Source: a virus (Duplodnaviria > Heunggongvirae > Uroviricota > Caudoviricetes). Taken from it: a DNA stretch of 47,909 nt. The notes under the pieces are model-generated. The model was given only the letters and a program-made list of their open reading frames with translations, did not search any database and had not been told where the DNA came from. This document shows, in pieces, positions 40,402 to 47,909 of this stretch (its first letter is position 1; each line of letters begins with the position of its first letter). The position numbers were made by a program, and so were the translations under genes. The stretch is from positions 1 through 47,909 of the IMG/VR virus record IMGVR_UViG_2718218171_000003; one strand, 5' to 3'.

Positions 40402-41094
40402 ATGAAAAAAGAAACTCTTGCTGATCGCTTAAACCTAGCGATGGAACAATCTGGAATGTCTCAAGGCGCTCTTGCAAAGGCGTCTGGCGTAGCTCAACCC
40501 ACAATCTGGAGACTGACAAGCGGCAACGCGCGCGGCTCAACAAAAATTGTTGAAATAGCTAATGCATTGGGTGTTCGAACAGAGTGGCTCTCATCAGGCA
40601 TAGGCCCGATGAGAAATGACGGTCAACAATCAGGGAAGCCTGCTGTCAACCATTCCAAATACTTCAAGATTGACGTTCTTGATATAGAAGTCAGTGCCGG
40701 GCCGGGTGTCATCAATCGTGAGTTTGTAGAAGTTCTACGCTCGGTTGAGTACTCGTTTGACGATGCTCGTCACATGTTCGATGGCAGGAAGGCAGAAAAT
40801 ATCCGCATCATTAACGTGCGTGGTGACAGCATGTCAGGAACGATCGAACCAGGTGATCTGCTGTTCGTTGATATCACGGTTAAATCTTTCGACGGTGATG
40901 GCATCTATGCGTTTCTGTACGACGACACCGCCCATGTAAAGCGCCTGCAAATGATGAAGGATAAGCTGCTGGTTATCTCTGATAACAAGAGCTACTCACC
41001 GTGGGACCCGATCGAGAAAGACGAGATGAACCGGGTGTTCATCTTCGGTAAGGTTATTGGGAGCATGCCCCAGACGTACAGGAAACATGGATAA
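40402..41094 (+). CDS. cI: CI-type repressor (N-terminal HTH, C-terminal LexA-like S24 autopeptidase)
   Basis: HTH MSQGALAKASGVAQPTIWRL; Ala-Gly cleavage site in EVSAGPG; catalytic Ser in VRGDSMSG and Lys in HVKRL. Confidence 0.9.
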   Translation: MKKETLADRLNLAMEQSGMSQGALAKASGVAQPTIWRLTSGNARGSTKIVEIANALGVRTEWLSSGIGPMRNDGQQSGKPAVNHSKYFKIDVLDIEVSAGPGVINREFVEVLRSVEYSFDDARHMFDGRKAENIRIINVRGDSMSGTIEPGDLLFVDITVKSFDGDGIYAFLYDDTAHVKRLQMMKDKLLVISDNKSYSPWDPIEKDEMNRVFIFGKVIGSMPQTYRKHG

Positions 41095-41174
41095 TCAGTA
41101 CTGTGCTGATGAGGCTTTTGGTTAATGCGCTGAAAGAATTCTTTATAAAAATAACATTACGGGAAAGGCAAAAA

Positions 41175-41444
41175 ATGAGTGATAAAAAACTTATTAAAAA
41201 ATCAAATAACTGTGTAGATGCATATGCTGATGCATTTGGATATTCATCTTTTGGGGAAGATGACGATCGCTTAGGCTCCATATCTTTCTTTCAGCATGTT
41301 ACAGAATGGGACGCTGATGGTAGTAATGACACTGAAAGCGTAAAGTACAACATTGCAACAATTCGCATGACGGAAGATTTAATGCTTAAACTCGCTGACT
41401 TTATTCGCGATCAGCATGATAGAGCTAAAACCAATAAGTCATAA
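41175..41444 (+). CDS. Hypothetical 89-aa protein, first gene after cI (rex position)
   Basis: ATG at 41175 with GGAAAGG RBS; AT-rich; no recognisable motif. Confidence 0.45.
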   Translation: MSDKKLIKKSNNCVDAYADAFGYSSFGEDDDRLGSISFFQHVTEWDADGSNDTESVKYNIATIRMTEDLMLKLADFIRDQHDRAKTNKS

Positions 41445-41452
41445 TATTAACA

Positions 41453-41893
41453 ATGAAACACGGTTATTACGAAGCTCCAAACCTAACTGAAAAGCTTGAA
41501 CAAGCGGCAAGATCATCATCTTTGCACACCGCAGCATTTTCTCAATCAGCTGGTATGTCTGGCGGTAATGTACCTATGCTACAATCAAGTGGTAGCGGTG
41601 GCTCTGGGAGTAATAATGTGCTTGAATCGAAAGTTGCAAAGCTTGAGTCTGATGTGTCCTACATCCGACGTGACGTTGATGAGCTCAAGACAGATGTCAA
41701 ATCTATCGACAGAAACATGATCGCTGTTCTGGAGCGACTCGATTCAATAAAAGAGTCACTAGCCAAAAAACCATCCATCGATGCTGTCGATAGAAAGATT
41801 TCAGACGCAAAGCTTGCGGTATTGCTTGGTGTTCCAGCAATCATCGCTGCAGGAACAGGGCTTTATAAGCTATCAATGTACTTTTTTCTTTAG
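41453..41893 (+). CDS. 146-aa protein with Gly/Ser linker, coiled coil and C-terminal transmembrane anchor (XhlA-like architecture)
   Basis: SSGSGGSGS linker, heptad-like LESKVAKLESDVSYIRRDVDELKTDVKSIDRNMIAVLERLDSIKESL, C-terminal LAVLLGVPAIIAAGTGLYKL; AT-rich. Confidence 0.5.
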   Translation: MKHGYYEAPNLTEKLEQAARSSSLHTAAFSQSAGMSGGNVPMLQSSGSGGSGSNNVLESKVAKLESDVSYIRRDVDELKTDVKSIDRNMIAVLERLDSIKESLAKKPSIDAVDRKISDAKLAVLLGVPAIIAAGTGLYKLSMYFFL

Positions 41894-41982
41894 TGCTTAA
41901 GAAACTGCTCGCCACCTTGCATTAGGCAAAGCGATTTTTCATTCCCTATTACCCTTTCTTAACCAATCATCTAAACCCTGCC

Positions 41983-42036
41983 CCCGTGAACTGACCCCCG
42001 AAAGTTGGACAGTTCACGGGCCCGGGTTTTCTTTTG
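41983..42036 (+). terminator. Terminator-like hairpin ending the cI operon
   Basis: Perfect 11-bp stem CCCGTGAACTG / CAGTTCACGGG with 16-nt loop, then CCCGGGTTTTCTTTTG. Confidence 0.55.
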
Positions 42037-42173
42037 CCTCCCCTCATCACACACCGTTCAAAAAACCACCACAACCCCGCTTCGGTTATCGCTATGCGAT
42101 GCAAGTCACAAAATTAATTCTTTTTGCTATCAAACATTTAATATCAAAACACATCTAGCAATAGCAATAAGTA

Positions 42174-42202
42174 TTGATATCATCAATAGCAATAGCTATT
42201 AT
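42174..42202 (+). promoter_or_regulatory. pL-like promoter with overlapping operator repeats (OL)
   Basis: -35 TTGATA (42174-42179), 17-nt spacer, -10 TATTAT (42197-42202); inverted repeat AATAGC-AATA-GCTATT across the -10; AATAGCAAT motif shared with the cI-cro intergenic region. Confidence 0.55.
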
Positions 42203-42395
42203 CACCATATCGCAACAACACAACGATACGGCAACCACCTGATTCACCGTTGCGATGACCGCTTAGATCCGCAGCTTGAATTTCAGCAGGCTCAGGGGAG
42301 TGCGAGGGGTGAAGCGGACGCGTGAACGTCGGTGTGACCAGCTGAAATTAACTCAACACTTCATACCTCAGTCGCTTCAACGAGGCGGCTTAGTT

Positions 42396-42686
42396 ATGAC
42401 AACCGGCGGCCATCCACCGCCTGAATACGCGCAGAAGTCTCTATATGTTCAGCAGCCCAGCTTACGGGCAGGAGTTTTTATGGTTCATCAACATTACGGA
42501 ACGCAGACCGTTAATCGCGGTGCGGTCATGCCAGGAATGCTGGTCAAACACAAAGATGGTACCTGGACTGCATCAGCTAATTTACGCGGACGGCTATATC
42601 TGCATCGCGGCATCGAGCGCACTTATACCCGTGATTTGCTCGTGGAAGTTTTTCTCGACGGACGCGGTAACGGCCTGAATCACTAA
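42396..42686 (+). CDS. Hypothetical 96-aa protein, first gene of the pL operon
   Basis: ATG at 42396 with GAGG RBS; track ORF extends upstream to a TTG at 42276; no recognisable motif. Confidence 0.4.
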   Translation: MTTGGHPPPEYAQKSLYVQQPSLRAGVFMVHQHYGTQTVNRGAVMPGMLVKHKDGTWTASANLRGRLYLHRGIERTYTRDLLVEVFLDGRGNGLNH

Positions 42687-42761
42687 TCCCCTTTCCTGTT
42701 TTCCTAATCAGCCTGGCATTTCGCGGGCGATATTTTCACAGCCATTTTCAGGAGTTCAGCC

Positions 42762-43058
42762 ATGAACGCTTATTACATTCAGGATCGTCTTGAGGCTCAG
42801 AGCTGGGCGCGTCACTACCAGCAGATCGCCCGTGAAGAGAAAGAGGCAGAACTGGCAGACGACATGGAAAAAGGTCTTCCACAGCACCTGTTTGAATCAC
42901 TCTGCATCGATCATTTGCAACGCCACGGGGCCAGCAAAAAAGCCATTACCCGTGCGTTTGATGACGACGTTGAGTTTCAGGAGCGCATGGCAGAACACAT
43001 CCGGTACATGGTTGAAACAATTGCTCACCACCAGGTTGATATTGATTCAGAGGTATAA
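42762..43058 (+). CDS. gam: Gam (RecBCD inhibitor), 98-aa form
   Basis: [56 protein letters not shown] matching lambda Gam. Confidence 0.95.
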   Translation: MNAYYIQDRLEAQSWARHYQQIAREEKEAELADDMEKGLPQHLFESLCIDHLQRHGASKKAITRAFDDDVEFQERMAEHIRYMVETIAHHQVDIDSEV

Positions 43059-43063
43059 AACGA

Positions 43064-43849
43064 ATGAGTACTGCACTCGCAACGCTGGCAGGGAAGCTGG
43101 CTGAACGTGTCGGCATGGATTCTGTCGACCCACAGGAACTGATCACCACTCTTCGCCAGACGGCATTTAAAGGTGATGCCAGCGATGCGCAGTTTATCGC
43201 ATTGCTGATCGTTGCCAACCAGTACGGCCTTAATCCGTGGACGAAAGAAATTTACGCCTTCCCTGATAAGCAGAACGGCATCGTTCCTGTGGTGGGCGTT
43301 GATGGCTGGTCCCGCATCATTAATGAAAACCAGCAGTTTGATGGCATGGACTTTGAGCAGGACAATGAATCATGTACATGCCGGATTTACCGCAAGGACC
43401 GTAATCATCCGATCTGCGTTACCGAGTGGATGGATGAATGCCGCCGCGAACCATTCAAAACCCGCGAAGGCAGAGAAATCACGGGACCGTGGCAGTCGCA
43501 TCCCAAACGGATGTTACGGCATAAAGCTATGATTCAGTGTGCCCGTCTGGCCTTCGGATTTGCTGGTATCTATGACAAGGATGAAGCCGAGCGCATTGTC
43601 GAAAATACCGCATACACTGCAGAACGTCAGCCGGAACGCGACATCACTCCGGTTAACGATGAAACCATGCAGGAGATTAACACTCTGCTGATCGCCCTGG
43701 ATAAAACATGGGATGACGACTTATTGCCGCTCTGTTCCCAGATATTTCGCCGCGACATTCGCGCATCGTCAGAACTGACACAGGCCGAAGCAGTGAAAGC
43801 TCTTGGATTCCTGAAACAGAAAGCCACTGAGCAGAAGGTGGCAGCATGA
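43064..43849 (+). CDS. bet: Bet (Red beta single-strand annealing protein)
   Basis: 261-aa [69 protein letters not shown] matching lambda Bet. Confidence 0.95.
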   Translation: MSTALATLAGKLAERVGMDSVDPQELITTLRQTAFKGDASDAQFIALLIVANQYGLNPWTKEIYAFPDKQNGIVPVVGVDGWSRIINENQQFDGMDFEQDNESCTCRIYRKDRNHPICVTEWMDECRREPFKTREGREITGPWQSHPKRMLRHKAMIQCARLAFGFAGIYDKDEAERIVENTAYTAERQPERDITPVNDETMQEINTLLIALDKTWDDDLLPLCSQIFRRDIRASSELTQAEAVKALGFLKQKATEQKVAA

Positions 43850-44526
43850 CACCGGACATTATCCTGCAGCGTACCGGCATCGACGTGAGAGCTGTCGAAC
43901 AGGGGGATGATGCATGGCACAAATTACGGCTCGGCGTCATCACCGCTTCAGAAGTTCACAACGTGATAGCTAAGCCCCGCTCAGGAAAGAAGTGGCCTGA
44001 CATGAAAATGTCCTACTTCCACACCCTGCTGGCTGAGGTTTGCACCGGTGTGGCTCCGGAAGTTAATGCTAAGGCGCTGGCCTGGGGAAAACAGTACGAG
44101 AACGACGCCAGAACCCTGTTTGAATTCACTTCCGGCGTGAATGTTACTGATTCCCCGATCATCTATCGCGACGAAAGTATGCGCACCGCCTGTTCTCCCG
44201 ATGGTTTATGCAGTGACGGCAATGGCCTTGAGCTGAAATGCCCGTTTACCTCCCGGGATTTCATGAAGTTCCGGCTCGGTGGTTTCGAGGCCATAAAGTC
44301 GGCTTACATGGCCCAGGTGCAGTACAGCATGTGGGTGACACGAAAAGATGCCTGGTACTTTGCCAACTATGACCCGCGTATGAAGCGTGAAGGACTGCAT
44401 TATGTCGTGGTTGAGCGGGATGAAAAGTACATGGCGAGTTTTGACGAGATGGTGCCGGAGTTCATCGAAAAAATGGACGAGGCACTGGCTGAAATTGGTT
44501 TTGTATTTGGGGAGCAATGGCGATGA
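43846..44526 (+). CDS. exo: Exo (lambda exonuclease)
   Basis: 226-aa [68 protein letters not shown] matching lambda Exo. Confidence 0.95.
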   Translation: MTPDIILQRTGIDVRAVEQGDDAWHKLRLGVITASEVHNVIAKPRSGKKWPDMKMSYFHTLLAEVCTGVAPEVNAKALAWGKQYENDARTLFEFTSGVNVTDSPIIYRDESMRTACSPDGLCSDGNGLELKCPFTSRDFMKFRLGGFEAIKSAYMAQVQYSMWVTRKDAWYFANYDPRMKREGLHYVVVERDEKYMASFDEMVPEFIEKMDEALAEIGFVFGEQWR

Positions 44527-44681
44527 CGCATCCTCACGATAATATCCGGGTAGGCGCGATCACTTTCGTCTACTCCATTACAAAGCGAGGCTGGGTATTT
44601 CCCGGCCTTTCTGTTATCAGAAATCCACTGAAAGCACAGCGGCTGGCTGAGAAGATAAATAATAAACAGGAGGATATATGA
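44517..44681 (+). CDS. 54-aa ORF coupled to exo (overlap) and to the downstream DndB-like gene (ATGA)
   Basis: [54 protein letters not shown] translated by hand; below the ORF-track cutoff. Confidence 0.35.
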   Translation: MAMTHPHDNIRVGAITFVYSITKRGWVFPGLSVIRNPLKAQRLAEKINNKQEDI

Positions 44682-45742
44682 GTCAGGTTGGTAATCATTC
44701 ATTCGAATTTCCGGCATCGCAAGGTGTACAGGGTGGTACTGTTACACTCTTCCTTACCATACCAGGAAGATCGCTGGCTCGTTTCCTCGCTTCAGATAAT
44801 TACGGCCATACACTGTAACGCTCTCAGCGAGAAATTAATCCAAATCGAGTACGAAAATTTTTAAATTATCTCACTAACGCAGACTCAAGAAATGAGCCTT
44901 TTATCATTCCCCCTCTCGTAGGTAACTGTGATTCGAATATAGAATTTGTACCGTTTGGCAACACAAATGTTGGTATAGCCAGAATTCCCCTCGACGCCGA
45001 AATAAAACTTTTTGATGGTCAACATCGTGCAGCTGGCATTGAGATATATTGCCGAAGTTCCCCATCAACGCTCATGGTTCCCATGATGCTTACAATGAAT
45101 CTGCCGCTAAAAACCAGGCAGCAGTTCTTTTCGGACATAAATAACAACGTTTCTAAGCCATCAGCGACCATCAATATGGCGTATAACGGCCGGGATGATA
45201 TTGCTCAGGGAATGATATCCTTCCTGACCCAACATACTGTATTTGCCGATATAACCGATTTTGAACACAACGTAGTGCCATTAAAAAGTAATATGTGGGT
45301 GAGTTTCAAGGCACTCACTGATGCAACGTCAAAGTTCGCTAGGAACGGCAATCAACAACTTGAAATGGGATATATAGAATCTGTCTGGGAGGCATGGATT
45401 ACACTAACTCAGATTGACTCAATCCGACATGGTGTACACCACGCTACGTACAAGCGCGATTATATTCAGTTCCATGGAGTAATGATTAACGCTTTCGGTT
45501 TTGCGGTTCAACAGATGATGGTTAATCATTCCATCGCAGAAATAACTTCTATGATCGAAAAACTATGTGCAACTACCAGCTCTGCAGAAAGAGAGGATTT
45601 TTTTCTGATGGATAACTGGGCGGGGATCTGCACGAAAGCCAGCCAGGAAAAACTATCTGTTATTGCCAATGTGGCAGCGCAGAAAGCAGCAGCAAACAGA
45701 CTGATACAAGCTTTTACCAAAGGAAGTCTGGAATCAACTTAA
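44678..45742 (+). pseudogene. DndB-like DGQHR-domain gene interrupted by an in-frame TAA (at 44816-44818)
   Basis: One frame reads ATG 44678 ... FPASQGVQGG ... TAA ... LFDGQHRAAGIEIYC ... to stop at 45742; no ATG/GTG/TTG between the TAA and the ATG at 45074, so the DGQHR segment has no start codon. Confidence 0.6.
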
Positions 45743-45895
45743 TGAATCAACATTGTCTCATATCAGCATGCTGTACGGCGTCTTTAAGGAACGGTGAACA
45801 TGAAAAGCAAAATCATCAGGGAGCTACAGGCTCCTTTTTTATTGTTCGCATTCACCCTCAAGCGTATTAACCAACAATTTAGGGATTAATGGAAG

Positions 45896-46114
45896 ATGGC
45901 AGACATCATTGATTCAGCATCAGAAATTGAAGAATTACAGCGCAACACAGCAATAAAAATGCACCGCCTGAACCACCAGGCTATATCTGCCACTCATTGT
46001 TGTGAGTGTGGCGATCCGATAGATGAACGAAGACGTCTGGCCGTTCAGGGTTGTCGGACTTGTGCAAGTTGCCAGGAGGAGATCGAACTTAAGAACAAAC
46101 AATGGGGATTGTGA
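45896..46114 (+). CDS. TraR/DksA-family C4 zinc-finger protein
   Basis: 72-aa ORF with CCECGDPIDERRRLAVQGCRTCASCQ (C-x2-C-x17-C-x2-C). Confidence 0.75.
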   Translation: MADIIDSASEIEELQRNTAIKMHRLNHQAISATHCCECGDPIDERRRLAVQGCRTCASCQEEIELKNKQWGL

Positions 46115-46161
46115 TGGCCTCAAAGCAGCAAATTTCAACATCGTCCAACTGAGGTGTAAAA

Positions 46162-46401
46162 ATGTTCAGAATCATTTTTCCTAACACCTGGTACGTCGAC
46201 CACCACGGCACTCCCTGCAAAATCCTGCGTTCTACCCACAACAAAGTTCACTACATCCGAAAAGGCAGAACATGTATCGCCAGCATGTTCCGCTTTAATC
46301 ATGACTTTGAACCTGTGAATAAAGCTGATGCAGATCGGATAGCAGAAGAGATCGAAACGGCAGAACACATTAAGAAGTTACGTGCCATACGCAGGAAATA
46401 G
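46162..46401 (+). CDS. Hypothetical 79-aa protein
   Basis: ORF between the TraR-like gene and xis; no recognisable motif. Confidence 0.4.
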   Translation: MFRIIFPNTWYVDHHGTPCKILRSTHNKVHYIRKGRTCIASMFRFNHDFEPVNKADADRIAEEIETAEHIKKLRAIRRK

Positions 46402-46540
46402 AAAAATTGATAAATTCAATACTGCATTTCTCAGCATTAAATTTATCTCTATGACCAGTCAAGAGATGTACCTGCCATGAGCTTAATATCATGTCAGATA
46501 TATCGGTCACAAACTCCCTCAGCAGCTAAGAGGAGGACAA

Positions 46541-46777
46541 ATGTCTCGACTAATCACTTTACAGGACTGGGCTAAAGAAGAATTTGGGGACTTAGCACCA
46601 AGTGAGCGAGTTCTGAAAAAATACGCGCAAGGGAAAATGATGGCCCCACCCGCTATAAAAGTTGGTCGCTACTGGATGATTGACCGAAATTCCCGTTTTG
46701 TAGGAACGCTTGCAGAACCGCAACTCCCAATAAACGCAAACCCAAAACTCCAACGGATAATCGCTGATGGCTGCTAG
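46541..46777 (+). CDS. xis: Excisionase (Xis)
   Basis: 78-aa ORF directly upstream of and overlapping int; LTLQDWAKEE...PPAIKVGRYWMIDRNSRF resembles the lambda Xis fold signature; GAGGAGG RBS. Confidence 0.75.
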   Translation: MSRLITLQDWAKEEFGDLAPSERVLKKYAQGKMMAPPAIKVGRYWMIDRNSRFVGTLAEPQLPINANPKLQRIIADGC

Positions 46778-47909
46778 ACCCCGATCTCACAAAATCTCTA
46801 TACCCAATTTATATTGCAAATTAGATAAGCGAACCGGAAAGGTATATTGGCAATACAAACATCCACTATCCGGTCGTTTTCATAGCTTAGGAACTGATGA
46901 GAATGAAGCAAAACAAGTTGCTACTGAAGCAAATACCATTATTGCTGAACAACGTACCCGACAAATATTAAGCGTCAATGAGCGTCTGGAAAGAATGAAA
47001 GGCAGGCGCTCAGACATTACGGTGACAGAATGGCTTGATAAATATATTTCTATCCAGGAGGACAGGCTGCAACATAATGAACTAAGACCCAACTCCTATC
47101 GGCAAAAAGGCAAACCCATTCGTCTTTTCCGTGAGCATTGTGGAATGCAACACCTCAAGGATATTACCGCACTTGATATTGCCGAAATAATTGATGCTGT
47201 AAAGGCTGAAGGTCATAACAGGATGGCGCAAGTCGTGAGAATGGTGTTAATCGACGTCTTCAAAGAAGCACAACACGCAGGACATGTTCCGCCAGGATTT
47301 AACCCAGCGCAGGCAACAAAACAACCGCGAAATCGAGTAAACCGCCAAAGATTATCACTGCCCGAATGGCAGGCAATATTTGACAGCGTAAGCAGACGGC
47401 AGCCCTATTTAAAATGCGGGATGCTACTTGCTCTTGTCACTGGACAACGTTTAGGCGATATCTGCAATTTGAAATTCTCTGATATCTGGGACGACATGTT
47501 GCACATTACTCAGGAAAAAACCGGTTCAAAACTTGCTATTCCGCTTAACCTGAAATGCGATGCTCTGAATATTACCCTTCGTGAAGTTATATCTCAGTGC
47601 AGGGATGCTGTTGTTAGTAAATATCTGGTCCATTACCGTCACACAACCTCTCAAGCAAACAGAGGAGACCAGGTTTCTGCGAATACTCTGACAACGGCTT
47701 TTAAAAAGGCCAGGGAAAAATGTGGCATAAAATGGGAGCAAGGAACTGCGCCCACATTTCATGAGCAGCGATCTCTGTCAGAACGGTTATATCGGGAACA
47801 GGGTCTGGATACGCAAAAGTTGTTAGGCCATAAATCCAGAAAAATGACCGACCGATACAATGATGATCGTGGTAAAGACTGGATTATCGTAGATATCAAA
47901 ACAGCATAG
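46767..47909 (+). CDS. int: Tyrosine integrase (lambda Int family)
   Basis: 380-aa ORF with C-terminal catalytic region ...HEQRSLSERLYREQ...LLGHKSRKMTDRYNDDRGKDW; stop codon is the last triplet of the window. Confidence 0.9.
   Translation: MAARPRSHKISIPNLYCKLDKRTGKVYWQYKHPLSGRFHSLGTDENEAKQVATEANTIIAEQRTRQILSVNERLERMKGRRSDITVTEWLDKYISIQEDRLQHNELRPNSYRQKGKPIRLFREHCGMQHLKDITALDIAEIIDAVKAEGHNRMAQVVRMVLIDVFKEAQHAGHVPPGFNPAQATKQPRNRVNRQRLSLPEWQAIFDSVSRRQPYLKCGMLLALVTGQRLGDICNLKFSDIWDDMLHITQEKTGSKLAIPLNLKCDALNITLREVISQCRDAVVSKYLVHYRHTTSQANRGDQVSANTLTTAFKKAREKCGIKWEQGTAPTFHEQRSLSERLYREQGLDTQKLLGHKSRKMTDRYNDDRGKDWIIVDIKTA

Noticed and set aside
42276-42395. Arg-rich N-terminal extension (TTG start) as evidence for an N-type antiterminator
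   Set aside because: Start is a TTG without RBS, the downstream protein has no similarity to N as recalled, and no boxA/boxB was identifiable; kept only as an open question.

Overview
The window covers most of a lambda-like prophage inserted at the 3' end of icd in an Escherichia-type chromosome, in reverse orientation relative to the standard lambda map. Host flank: ycgX (1-405) and iraM (1108-1431), then a displaced icd 3' fragment (1534-1693, minus strand) with its terminator, marking the attR-side junction. The prophage runs from about 1534 to beyond 47909: an AT-rich cargo island carrying a 1484-aa NACHT/STAND-like NTPase (2198-6652), tail fibre genes, a complete lambda-type tail and head module (J, I, K, L, M, H, G-T, V, U, Z, FII, FI, E, D, C/Nu3, B, W, A, Nu1) with cos, a lysis cassette (holin, R, Rz/Rz1), a Q-like antiterminator with nin-type genes (rusA, NinB/YbcN-like), ren-P-O with ori iterons, a cro/cI immunity region with divergent promoters, gam-bet-exo, xis and int. 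Three AT-rich moron islands are candidate accessory or defence loci: the NTPase island, a HEPN-motif/GNAT/small-peptide cluster (35573-37054), and a two-gene module in the rex position downstream of cI (41175-41893). A DndB-like DGQHR gene downstream of exo is interrupted by an in-frame TAA. No rRNA, tRNA, CRISPR array or IS element was found. All identities come from reading the translations and recalling lambda and E. coli K-12 proteins; no database search was run. Coordinates of hairpins and promoters are approximate (within a few bases).
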